Assembly (NCBI GenBank): GCA_002633005.1
Contig: NMRA01000052.1
Span: forward strand, 150,613 to 214,612
Length of the DNA stretch: 64,000 nt
DNA from: Phoronis australis
Lineage: Eukaryota; Animalia; Phoronida
Direction: 5' to 3'
The stretch's first letter is position 1. Each line of letters opens with the position of its first letter. Made by a program: the position numbers and the translations under genes. This document shows positions 1 to 11,719 of the stretch, in pieces. Under the pieces are notes generated by a model. It was not told the DNA's origin. It made no database searches and was given only the letters and a program-made list of their open reading frames with translations.

Positions 1-536
1 CAAATGCTTACAGCCGGATAAAATGTTGCCCCCCCCTTGTGATGTCCTAGATCCGCCACTGTTTTAAGTGTAGATTGTATTTTTGACGAAGTGAAAGCTC
101 GAAATCGGTAACCCAAATCCGGTCATGGACCGTTTAAAATACACTGAAGTAACGAAATGAATACAGAAAGCGAATGGAAGTATTGTAGCCCCTATATGGC
201 CAACCGAGGGGCTACGTGTTGCCTACTAGATAGCCCCTGCATCTTCGTTGTGGCTATGTGTCGTATCACGGCCGATTTTGTATGGTTCAATGGCCTAGTT
301 TTGATTTTGTTTTTCTCACAGCTGAGCTTTGGAAACCTAGTTTTAATTGATATTCACTTTGTAGTTCTTTCGCGTTACACGAGGTTTACGTGTTTTGATT
401 TGTCTTGTGTTTCATAGTATTCAGGGTTTATGTTGTTCTTAAACACAGATTTACTGTCGGTGATTCGTGTTACATGCTGAACACTGAAGTGGAATGTAAA
501 AGCAGCCTTGTTGGTAAAATGGTAATGGTCTGATAC

Positions 537-613
537 AACGTGCCCGAGTTTTGAGAACCAGTTTTCTCCACTGAATAACGGGCATCAAACTGGTTATTAA
601 AATACGGGCACGT
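537..613. repeat. Short hairpin/inverted repeat (probable mini-MITE)
   Basis: aacgtgcccgagttttgagaaccagttt pairs with aaactggttattaaaatacgggcacgtt. Confidence 0.65.
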
Positions 614-2239
614 TATGTCCGACTATTGCCGTTAAAATGAAGGAGCCAGATTAAGTTCTGATAGGAGTGTATACTTTAATGTGTTTTCAATTGATGAAGA
701 CAATGAAGCGACACAAAATTTTGTGATGAGTGTAGAGTAAAGATGGACGTTTGTAGCATGTCTGGCAATTACCAATTTGACAGCCGGCTCGTTGAAGTAC
801 GGGTTAGTGCGTTCGAGTTTCAATTGAGAAACCCTTTCGTCGACTTCAAGAAAACTCGAATCCCCTCCATTTCAGATAAACGCAGTACTGATTGCGCCTC
901 ACGGCCTTACGGACAAATCGAGACGTCTTTTATTTTATCGCTGAAACGATTTAATCGTAATTTATTCACGTCACGTATTACGTGGTAATGGAAGCTATCT
1001 TTTAAAGAGCGTAATCCACATTACGTTTTTGGAAACGGACTGTGAAGCGATTGGATTCCCATTATATAGTGTAATTTCGTTTCCACGACGTCAGTGACTG
1101 GGTTTCACATTTAAAACTGTCAAGAAGACACACAATTGCAGTCAATGAGTCTGGTGTCACAATGGCAATTGCCTACCATATGCCCTTGGGACAGGTCTGG
1201 GCTTTCTCAAAAAATAAGACGTCAGCTATACGTGGTAATGTGCATTTTCGCCGCATCATCCACGTGTAGAAGGTGTTGCCCGCCCTCTGGGAATTATTGA
1301 ATGTCACATTGGTCAAGAGTCACGTTTACTAGAGTGGTAGCTAGTTTTGGCTATGGACCTGTGAATTTTTCCGTGTTGAGTTATATTAAAAAACGCGTCT
1401 GACGATTTTTCTTTGAAAACACACCATTTAATACGGATGTATGGAGACAGGAAAACGCATTGGTTATCGCAACGGTTATATGCATCTTGCATTATGCATT
1501 ACGCGCTTGTGGAAACAAGGTTTGTGCATATCACAGTACATGCACATATTTAGGTACCGTCAAGCAGCCGAGTTTTGAGAACCACACTGTTCAAACATAT
1601 CTTAATTTTTATGTTATCAACTTGAAGTTTGTTATTATTAGTTACTTTTTCGGAACAGGTCTTAAAAACTTGATTCAACGTCGGACATGAGAAGTATCCT
1701 TTCCCTTCGAATATCCCATCGGATTCTGAGAATTAAACGTGCACATTATTTTCACTTTTCCCTACGTTTCCGTTTGGCCCTGAGCACATTGCCGATTGTA
1801 CTAAGTATTTGAATTATGGTTTAGATCTTGAAAACGCGGCCATTATTTACCATACGATATCGTGATTTGTAGGCGTATTTTCTCATTTCGAATTGTCTCT
1901 TATTTCTATAATTTTCTGCAATTTTCTGTGACAAATATTGTTTAGTGTCTGCGCGATTACTTTATTTCATTTATACATGCTTTTTGGATAACTTTAATGA
2001 GATTCGAAATTGTACCCAGAACAAGGTGTTCTGCTCGAGTGACATGTGAGCAATGGATATGGGCGTGGTTAATATGAAGTGCTGGTCTGTCAACCGAAAA
2101 GTCGCTGATTCAAACCCCACTGTTTACCAGGAAAAATACAATCCAAGACAAGAACACACTATAACGCTACCAAATAGCTGTGCTCGTTCCTCTAAGAACG
2201 CTGTAACATCTGAAGATGGTCGGATAAATGACCGACCGA

Positions 2240-2845
2240 AACGTCTCAGCGAGAAAACTCGGGAAAATGTTGGTGGTGCTATATCTCAATAGCTTTGGAT
2301 TTTGTTCGTATGTTGGCGACCTTACAGGCCTTGTCTTCAAGGTCATAGCTAGAAATTTAAGAGTTGCGTCATATTTCAAGGTGAGTCATCTCCAGGCGCC
2401 GCTTGATTTTGGCGACGTTGACCTCGTTTTCAAGGTCTCCAGAACTCTGGGAGATTGACTTGGAAAGTGTTTTTGGCGCGATGTCTCGAGAGAGAAGCTT
2501 TGCAGTTTGTTCAGATTTTGTCGCCGAGGCCGTGTAGGTGTAGGCCATCGCACCAGTCGAACTTTGAGACTTGGACCACGTTTTCAAGGTTGTAGCGAGA
2601 AATTTAAGAATTTAATGTTTTTTGCGTAATACATGTATCTCAAGAAGGAAATTTTTACATTTGGTTAATATTATGCACCGAGTTTTAGGTGGGGGCATCA
2701 ATCAATTTTGGTGACCTTGTCTTTTTTCCAAGGTCATGGTTAGAAATTTTAGAATTTTGCTGGAAAATATATTGTTAGTGCGATATCTCAAGCAGGAAAT
2801 TTAACATTTTGTTGGTATTTTACTGAGGTTTGGGGCGTGGGCATC
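2240..2845 (+). repeat. Degenerate tandem units typical of Helentron-like internal arrays
   Basis: Recurring gacct(t/c)gttttcaaggtca..g..agaaatttaaga and gcgatatctc motifs at about 2330, 2420, 2580 and 2730. Confidence 0.55.
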
Positions 2846-3455
2846 TTCTCTAGTGTAAAGACACGCAGTACTCAAAATAAATAAGTGACCGCCGAGAGTT
2901 GAAAAAGAAAAAGTTTTTAGTGCAACTTGTCATCACAAGGCCTATAAAGGTATTGGCAAAATGTAGCACCTCGACTTGTGCCGCCACGAAAATGGTCCTC
3001 CCAATGACGATTTTTCAAGAAAGTGCTAAATAATAGAGAATTTTCGGTCACATTATACCGTCAGGTCTTTATCTCAGATGCCGAAATTTCGCCCAACTAA
3101 AGGACACGATACCGAGTGACATTTGCCTAGAAAATTGTTTCGTCTTTTGTTATTAATGTTTCATCATCCAGGCGTCTATGTCAGTCATGGGTGTGGTAGC
3201 TTGTCTACAGGTAGTTGCAGTTACATTGACGATATGTTTCTAAGACGCGTGTGTTAGCATATAGGTTATCCTTTCTCCAAGCCACGCATATTGCTGAAAA
3301 CTCCCAGTGACACTCCACATTTTAGCGAGAGGGGTCCGCTAACAAATTAGGATACCCACGAGCTACTTGTCAAACGAATTTTCAGGGATATAAGTGTTTG
3401 GTGACGTTGAGTCACATGTGGTTTTAATAGTGTCGCCACTATCGTTTTAGTTGCC

Positions 3456-6400
3456 ATGGACCAGCCGCTGAATTTGGGCTCCATCATTGAGGCTGGACCG
3501 TCCTCTTTCTCGGTTTGCGTTCCTGGACACAAATTTCACGACTGTCTCTACCCGATGGGTAAGCACGACGTAATGAAGACTATCGAGCGAATGCTTCGAT
3601 AACTGAAAGCCGAAAAGCATAGCTTGTTCTGGTGTCTGTTTCTTGAAAAATGTTTTAATACTTGAATCAGAAATTTGGTCTTATGCTCCACATAACTATT
3701 TTAAAATCTCACTAAGTAAACATACACAGTCCTTGAGTATGTACCCATTATTTCTAGTTACTGAAGTAATTTGTAAAATTATCTCTAGATTGTGATGTGA
3801 TGTGCTAAATAGTTAAATCGCCAAACCTTTATTCAGTAACTGTGAATTGAGAGCGTAAGATCAAACTTCTTTCTTACATCTTAGGTCGCTGTTCATGAAA
3901 CAAACCCCTGGTGTGCGTTCAGTAACACTAGGACCTACTCTAGGACCCAGCTAAAATCTAGCCAAAGTCATTTAAAATAAACGGCAATATCTCGCGTAAT
4001 CTCGCGAAGTCTTGCTTTTAGCGAGGTCCTAGCTTACTGAACGGGAGCCTGGTGTGTACACCGACTCATTTTGAAAGCTGCGCCTCACCACTATACTGAA
4101 TCCGGATTTCACTATATACGAATTATTCATTTAAATCTTGTCTACTTCAGAACCAAAAATTACGTTAGTGTTACAGTGGAAAAGTGACTTTTGAATATTA
4201 TATTTATGACTCTGAGGAGGTTCCTTTGCTGCATCAGCAGGTGAAAGAGCCAGCTTTTGATGAACTCGCCAAAACAAGGTTTAATCAACGACCTTCAATC
4301 ACAATTTAAACAGTACTGATTCAAGTCATATGACGGTTATTAAATCGATCTCAAACTGCTCCGTTGTCAATTTAGAGGTGATATCAGGGTTCAAAAGAAC
4401 TGACAGATCGCTGTTGCTTTGAGACCATTCTGAACAAGTTGGCTCGTCACGGCGGGTCATTTCATGCCGTAGCAAAATCTCAAGGGATCATCAGTTATCT
4501 GCCAGTTCTTTGCAATGTCAGAAATCCCTTCTCATCTGAAGTAGGGTTCAATTGGAAACCAAGTTTATTGCTGGAGGGTGGTCTAATTCAAACGCGGGTT
4601 TAAAGCCGCTTTTAAGATGAAAAAGCGCTCGGTACCAATTTCAGTCAAAGTTTCGAACTTTATTTCATAAGCGACGCAAAGCAAGGTTTATAAGCCTTGG
4701 CTTGCCAAGTCACGTCTCCCTCAAGTCAACACGAGCAACTGTGTCACTTAACCATTGAATTAGTTTGAGTTGTGTGAAAAAGAAGAATAACGCAAACCGG
4801 AACCAGCTGTGCTTTTTGGTCGAGCTGGACCTAGGGTCTAATTTCCGATCTCTGAGCTACACTCACACTTGGAACTCAACGAGTCATGCCTCTTGATTCC
4901 AGTACGAGTTTAAATGGTTACTCGAAGTGTGCCGTGCAGTTGGTCAATATTCTAGTTGAGTTTCGAGACTAGAGCTGAGACCTCAAGTCCTGGTGTACTG
5001 CTCCAATTAGTACCACGTTCACGAGTGGAATTTTCAGATGATGGATCTGATCAGATGACGCATCAAACGCTTAAAACGAACGTTCACAAAGGCGCCCGTT
5101 ATGCCGTTTAACGCATATGCGCATCTAGACTTGGCTGTCACCTATTTCCATCGACTCCTTTTGTATAGGCTTTCCATATTTACCCCAGTAGATACTCCGC
5201 TGGCCTTATATGTAAACATATTATTTCAGATGGTGAATGTGGCTTGCGATCTAACTTAGTTAGCGAATGGCGTGTGGATGCTATAAAGGCTCGCAGTTTC
5301 GGGTTCCACTATTTGCCTGGAAAACTGCTATAGCTGCTAACTTGGTTTGACGCGCTTGAAATTGTATTGACTTTACACACCCAGGAGTCTTGTTCATGAA
5401 ATGTGACTAAGAAATGTGGTCTTACGCTCAACTTCTCAAATTTTCTCAGAAAGTAGTAGTTATGAGTATATTCACAGTACTTTGTTATTTTGCTTAAGTC
5501 ACGAGTTTTGATTTTTTTCAGAAATAGTTATTTGGAGCATAAGACCAGATTTATGTCGTAGTCAAACCTCGCTTCCATGAAAGAAGATCCAGATTTAATG
5601 TTTTTCGGCGCTTTCTACGCGCATACCACAATATATAAATTTTAGAATGTAGTGATTTGAGGAGCTGTACTGATCATAGGCCAATCAAATAATAGTTAAG
5701 CGTTTGAAGTTTTTGAAATAAGTTTTCGTTCTCTTCTTTCTGTTTACAGCCACAATTCCTGCTCACAGAGTTGCCACAAACTTCGAAACTGCCGTCCGTG
5801 TCGCTTTTCCACGTAGCTCTCAGGAGACCGTCGCGCCGTTTGGCCTCACTCGTTTACTCCAGGAGAACCCCAACCGTACTGTTAGTCTCAGCTCACTCAC
5901 TATACAGATGGAGAAAATCTACTATGATACGTCCATCGATGTTGACCAGTACGAGGTTAAAAACACTCTAATAGCGACCTCTGACGGAAAGAGTCAAATC
6001 ATCGTAGCTCAAGCTCTTCAGAATAGATCGAATGGCGCCGAACTTGGATTCGCTCACCTGATGTTCGACTATTTGAATAAGGACGATGGGCGCCTGTGTG
6101 GTGTTCCGGAATGGTTTAAACAATGTTGCCTCGACGACAATATTATGCGGGGATTTACTGGTGAATCAAACGGCTTGGTGTCTGGTTCTGATTTCTCGTA
6201 CTTGGACAAAGTATTGCATTTTGATTTGGACCCAGTATCTTTCTACGGAATTCGATTGAGCGCATATATTAGGTATTGCGTCAACGCAGGGTTGTTAGCC
6301 TCGAAGAAACGCAGCCTTTTTCACTTTTACGATTGCGCTACAGAACTGACGCCATTTCGTCTGAAAACAATTCACTGCACTGTTTTGGGTCCCAGTGAAA

Positions 6401-6588
6401 GATTGGATACGATTCAAGCCAAGGTTTGGAACACGAGTAGATATGAAGAATCGTTCTCACAGCGGTTCATTCTTACTAATGAGCAGACGGGAAATCACGT
6501 CTTCAAAGCAGAGATCTATTACCACGAGCCAGGTTCAACTCCGTGTAAGTATTATACATTTTTGAATTTATCAATTAATGACTTTTAA
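3456..6588 (+). CDS. Hotdog-fold acyl-ACP/acyl-CoA thioesterase-like unit 1; exons 3456-3558 and 5750-6588 (313 aa), or exon 2 ending at donor 6544/6545 and splicing on to unit 2
   Basis: gccATGG start at 3456 (MDQPLNLGSIIEAGPSSFSVCVPGHKFHDCLYPM), phase-1 donor G|GTAAGC at 3559, acceptor tctttctgtttacag|5750. The frame is open from 5750 into the 5908..6588 ORF (TIPAHRVATNFETAVRVAF...DLD...AYIRYC...FKAEIYY) and aligns by eye with unit 2. AATAAA at 6604. Confidence 0.72.
3907..4052 (+). mobile_element. MITE family R1 (about 145 bp, CCWGG ends, PIF/Harbinger-like)
   Basis: TIRs cctggtgtgcgttcagtaacactaggacct / aggtcctagcttactgaacgggagcctgg; further copies at about 30246-30403 (-), 30881-31027 and 49028-49192. 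Confidence 0.8.
4420..4592 (+). repeat. Interspersed repeat, second copy at about 49521-49690
   Basis: Shared aagttggctcgtcacggcg, cagttctttgcaa, caatt.gaaaccaa and gggtgg.cta.tcaa. Confidence 0.7.
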
Positions 6589-8113
6589 AGTTTATTTCCT
6601 GTGAATAAATTAAATAGAAATTCCGAGGTGCTCGCCTAGTGTTAGTTCGGGCTTGTAGTGCTAAAGAATTGAATTGTTCGTTCTTTCATCTGTTTCCCCT
6701 GATATTTGCTACTGTATTGCTTATTCAATTCTGTTGTAGCTTTTTTTCTGGAAGACTTCATCAAAATCAATCTATTTCAGCATCATTTTGCAACTTATTT
6801 TGTGGTTGAAAATTGACGCTATTCATGCGCAATTTTATCAAATCTGTATCACTTCTGAATAGAAACGTCCATTAAAAGTCAGCGTCCTGTACGAATCACC
6901 ACATAGATGGGGCTCCTGGTATTGCTGGAGTCGCCTTTATGCTTTTCTGCACTTTATTTAAGATCCGTATTTTTAGACGATTTTCGAAGGCATGCGGACA
7001 AATTGCTGAGCCGTGGGCACCGGCATGAGTAGGGAAGTTTGGGGAGCCTCGCCCATGAAATTTTCAAAATGTATACAAGTTGTTGACGTGATTTGTGCTA
7101 TGTTCAATCTATTTGTATCCTGTTACAGTTTTAAATTTAAACTTATATTTTAAACCCATAGATGTTCGTTCACGACTGTCAATACTTTGACGACCTTGAA
7201 GTACGCAGAAGTTACAGATAGCCATCAAAAATCTTCCGCGCAGAGGGTGTCATCCAAGTGTCGGGCGAAAGTTCCACGTTTTCTAAATAAAGCATTCCCA
7301 ATAACAGTCTTCAAAAGAAATTATATCCTTGGGAATTCTTGGGCGAAAATGTCGAAAATTTTGTTATGATGACACCATGCAGTGTACTTGTAATATTTAA
7401 CATATGATAAAAGCCATTGAGTTCAATAATTTGGCTTAAGTAAACGCTGCCAAACGGGTACCAGCGAACTTGCAGGTTCGGTTAGATCACTCAACTCTTC
7501 GCGAGGTATCATGATGCGTGTGAGCTCATCATCTCATTAGCTTTATTTGAGAGGAAATGTCGTTATTGAACGCACTTGGTGTTTTATTTTCCGAAACCGT
7601 GGAATGCAAATACAGCGGTGTCTTATGCACTTGGAGTGATTTCTGTTTGGATCCCGAGACCACCAAATTCCGTATCGGTTTAGTTTTGGTTAGTACTGAT
7701 TCACTAAAAATCCCCGGGATGCTGGGCTTTGTGACGGAACTTCAACTCAATCTGGGGTAGCCGGCACGTTTCGACCTATACTTGACCAAAGCAATGCTGT
7801 CGTGGATTAGCGATCCGTGTTCAATTTAATGAAGCCTTGAACGCGAAAGACTGACTAAATTGCATGATTCAAGATGGTTCTCTGCCTCTGAAACAGAATT
7901 CAATGTGTTCACCAGATATTTCACGCTTTGTGCGTAAAAATTTTCAATTTGTGTTGATACCAAATCATTTTTCTTTTAGTTTTAAAATTCAAACATCGAT
8001 TTGTCAACTGTTCGTCACTTCGTTGATTTTTCTCCCATAAGGGAAAAACATAGACGTTGCACATTCCCCTTATATGTAAAATGTGACCTCTGACATTTGA
8101 TGTAAACAAAACA

Positions 8114-11100
8114 ATGGTGACTTCAATCAGTAACGGGATTAAGAGGCGAATGACGTTTAAAGTTAGTTACAAAGGTATGGTAGTACTCAAAATGCACATG
8201 GTATTCTCTTTGGGAAGTCTCTTTCTTCACTGGCTTGCCTCATATTGTGGTGTAGACTTCAGGATTATCTTCCGTTAATATCCTTCTTGTGAGTCATATG
8301 TTTTGTCAAAGGAATAACTGTGAGCGCATGCGCGCTTCTATCATAAGTGGGAGGAATATTAGAAACTTTGTGGTGACTACAGAGATTTTCCTTCGCGCAA
8401 AAATCGCGAATTTTGTGATTTTTCGTGGAAATTCTCTCACACAGGAAAGTGAATAACTCTGTAATTCACGTTACGAGATGGTACTTCAGGAATTATTTAA
8501 AAAAATATTTTTGACGAGCTTTCGCAGTCCACGGTTCTTTAAATGGTGACGATATTTTCGCGACCCTTGAAAAATGTTTGAAAAGTATAGACGTAAATAG
8601 TTTACTATGCTTTTTATGTTGTGTAAAATTCCCAATAAAACGTAGGCCTTCATACTATCATAAAACTTGTTTACTACACGTACATGTATCTCTTTTCATC
8701 CCATGCATTCCATTGGTTATTTCTGCTAAATGACCTTGTCTTTGTTCGGAATTTGGATCGTACGTGAATAATAGCATTTCATGTAATTGTAGCTTTGTTT
8801 CCAAACATAGTGAACCGAATCATGTTGCCGATGTAATTTTTCTTTATAGTAGTTTTGTTCTTCAGGTTTTTACAACGACTTCTATTCGCACAAAGTGAGT
8901 TTGGGGCAACTGCAGCCTGTCGTGGCAAGCGACGACCATACGATTTTCGAGTGTACCGGTCTCTGTGGAACTTGTAACGGCTTGAACGATTTCAACTTGA
9001 GAACCGGTAAGTAAACGCCGTTCATTTATGTGGAAAATTCCAACCCACTTTTTCATTACAGTTTTCGATTACTAGTCCAACGTTCAATCAAGGTAACTTA
9101 CATGCAGTGGCGGATCTTGGATATCAGAAGGGGGGCCCAACATTTTGTCTGTAAATATTTGGTCCCAGCACGATTGTAGGTGTGCATAGCACCGAATGGG
9201 GGAGGTCGGGAGGGGNNNNNNNNNNNNNNNNNNNNNNNNNNNNNNNNNNNNNNNNNNNNNNNNNNNNNNNNNNNNNNNNNNNNNNNNNNNNNNNNNNNNN
9301 NNNNNNNNNNNNNNNNNNNNNNNNNNNNNNNNNNNNNNNNNNNNNNNNNNNNNNNGTGCATAGCACCGAATGGGGGGAGGTCGGGAGGGGGGGCAAACCC
9401 CCCTCCCGCCCAGGAAATGTTTCTGTTTTTTCCTCTAAAAATCAAGCATTTTCCTTGATTCCCGAAGTATTATCCAAGAAAAAAGGCAAAAAAAATACGA
9501 AGAATGTGTCAACCAGCAAAAACTGCAAGTACCACGTATTCGAACTCACGACCTCGCTAGTTGAACGCGAGTGCTTTACCCCTGCACCACCACGATTTAA
9601 CTTTTATTTGAAACTAAGAGACCTACTTATTTATGGTCAACAGCGTTTGCCCGCGAAAACTTCTTTTTGTAATGCTTGTTACATGTTTTTTTGTGCAATC
9701 AGTTCGTAACATATTTGTTGTATTTAAAATAGTCTTTAATTGCCCAAAAGACCAAGTCCGTTTTTCGTGTTGGCAATAATGACGCGATTGCTTTGGAAAT
9801 CGTCTTTTAAGTTAAGGTTTGACAAAGAGAGAATTATGAGTTTCTGAGTGATTCACTAATGCTTCGATTAAATTGACATCTTACCAGCAGCTTCTGTTTT
9901 TTCACCATCACTCAAATTCCAGTTTCTTTAAAAAATGAAGGTTACCAGCGTGTATGCTGACTTGGTTTCATGAACCCCTTAAAATGAAATTATCGACGAG
10001 AAGAGTGATGTTCTGAAATCACTCCGGCCACCACGGTTTCGAATCGGTAACTTTCGCGGTCACAGTCAAACGCTTTGCTGACGAGCTAAATCGCACTTCG
10101 TAAATGACTGCGTATTAATTTTTTTGTTTCTTAAACATTTATTGCAATAATAATAATAATAACACAGTACAAAGACAGAAATCCTCAACGTCACATCAAA
10201 CGCACACGCACACATTTCACCCAAAACTCAATTTCACAAACCAAAAACACCAAATGTACTTTTCTCATCTGTATTTCTTTTTAAAGAGTAAAAAAACCAG
10301 ACCATCTGTGGATAAATAGGCCCTCTAATCCATTTTTATAATAATTATATTTTTCGGATGTGAAATGAATTTCTAATTCCTTTTTTAATCGTTTTGCGTA
10401 TTAAATTGGTATCATCACTGGCTGTGACTTCAGCGAATGTTGACGAACATCATTGAGAATTGGCGATTTGTAATAAAAGCGCAAAAACAATGATTTTTAC
10501 TTTTCCGTGGTTCAGGTCAAATTAAGCTTCAGCACGTGTATCACATTCAACAACAATCACACACATGGGTTTTGCTGTCGTAAAAAAACGATAATGTCCT
10601 TTTAACCTCCCTACAACCAATCGTAAATTATTTCCTATGCAAATGTCAACTTCTGTTGGTAAATCTCAATAAAAACTACGTTTTTTTACAATTTTGTGAA
10701 GAGGCCATGCCATGACTAAAGCCTCTTCCAAAATCATACACGGCATAGTTCCTCTAACGCCTGAAACTTTCATTTGACACGGAGGGAACAATCTTTTGAG
10801 CTTTTTATTTTACACTGATTTCTCTATCTCTCATTTCAGAGAGAGTTATTTCACCAAAATGTCGTCTGTACTCAGATAAGCGACAACCCTGAGTAGTCAC
10901 GGGGTTTCACCTTTTAGGTGCGTGAACCTACGCTATTCCGCTTCATTTTTTTCAGGAAATGCACTTCTTTGGATCTCCGCTGATATAATGTCGTTTCACG
11001 CGTTCAACTTCATGGCCAGCAACCATCGGATCAAAGAGTTTTTTGAAAAGTTTATAACATTTTACGTGACACACAACTTCGAATTTTCCGAGGAGTATTA

Positions 11101-11719
11101 CGTCCTTGCACGCAGTGGTGAGCTGTCAAATTCAAGGGCCCGCTCGAGGATTCTGAACGTAGGTCGAAGCTCCATTGACCTAACCACTGCTGTTGTTGTG
11201 GGTAAGAAGACCGTCGCGACTTACACGGGACGGTCGGTTTTTGTTGACAAGAATACACGAAAAACGTCGGTTGAAGTTCAAAGGAATGTTTCAAAGTGTT
11301 TTGGAAATATTAAGGCATCGTCGCTGCCAGAATACCTGAAAATTTTTGAACTTCCTGACAATTACACTAACCTTGATTATGTCGTGAGGCCGTGCGATAT
11401 CGACGATAATGTTCACACAAATCATACCGTTTATATGCTGGCTTGCATAGAGGGCGCTGTCGATGCTTGCGCAAAAGGCCTCTACAAAAACTTTAGTGGT
11501 GATTTTGAGCGGTATCCTGTGCGGAAAGCGAGAGTATTATTCTCGGATGAGAGTGGTCTTGGAGATGTGTTGACCGTATATTCCTGGGAGCCTGCAAAAA
11601 CGGACGATGAACTTTGTTTCATAATATGCAAAAACAACCATCCAATATTCTACGCTAAAATGACATTTTTCTTGGACGCCCAATTTTATGCGAAGTCGAT
11701 TAATGATAGTAAACTGTGA
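8114..11719 (+). CDS. Hotdog-fold acyl-ACP/acyl-CoA thioesterase-like unit 2, predicted peroxisomal (PTS1 SKL); exons 8114-8174 (tentative), 8866-9006, 10956-11719 (about 321 aa)
   Basis: Last exon follows strong acceptor cttcatttttttcag|10956 (phase 1, GNALLW...). It contains VGRSS, VVRPCDIDDNVHTNHTVY (acyl-ACP thioesterase DxDxNxHxN motif) and ESGLGDVLTVYSW, and ends SKL*. Exon 8866-9006 (ttcag|...CCG|GTAAGT) is open and phase 1-1. First exon acaATGG...AAG|GTATGG is phase-compatible but less certain. Confidence 0.75.
9216..9355. other. Assembly gap (N) flanked by the same about 35-bp sequence
   Basis: gtgcatagcaccgaatggggg(g)aggtcgggagggg on both sides, suggesting a tandem repeat or an unjoined overlap inside a MITE. 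Confidence 0.95.
9528..9598 (-). mobile_element. tRNA-derived SINE head / tRNA pseudogene fragment (similar fragments at about 10022-10095 on - and 2060-2122 on +)
   Basis: A-box-like tggtgcaggggtaaagc and B-box-like gagttcgaatac on the minus strand; no intact cloverleaf. Confidence 0.4.

Noticed and set aside
2240-2845. Regularly spaced repeats superficially like a CRISPR array (also 13440-14440)
   Set aside because: Eukaryotic context, degenerate units with homologous spacers and no cas genes; typical Helentron-like internal repeats.
10022-10095. Possible tRNA gene (GTG-like anticodon loop, minus strand)
   Set aside because: Acceptor and T stems do not pair properly; treated as a SINE head or pseudogene.
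10859-10955. Apparent ATG at 10859 with premature TAA suggesting unit 2 is a pseudogene; GTG start at 10922
   Set aside because: A strong acceptor at 10955/10956, in the same phase and position as the unit-1 intron, explains this stretch as intron.
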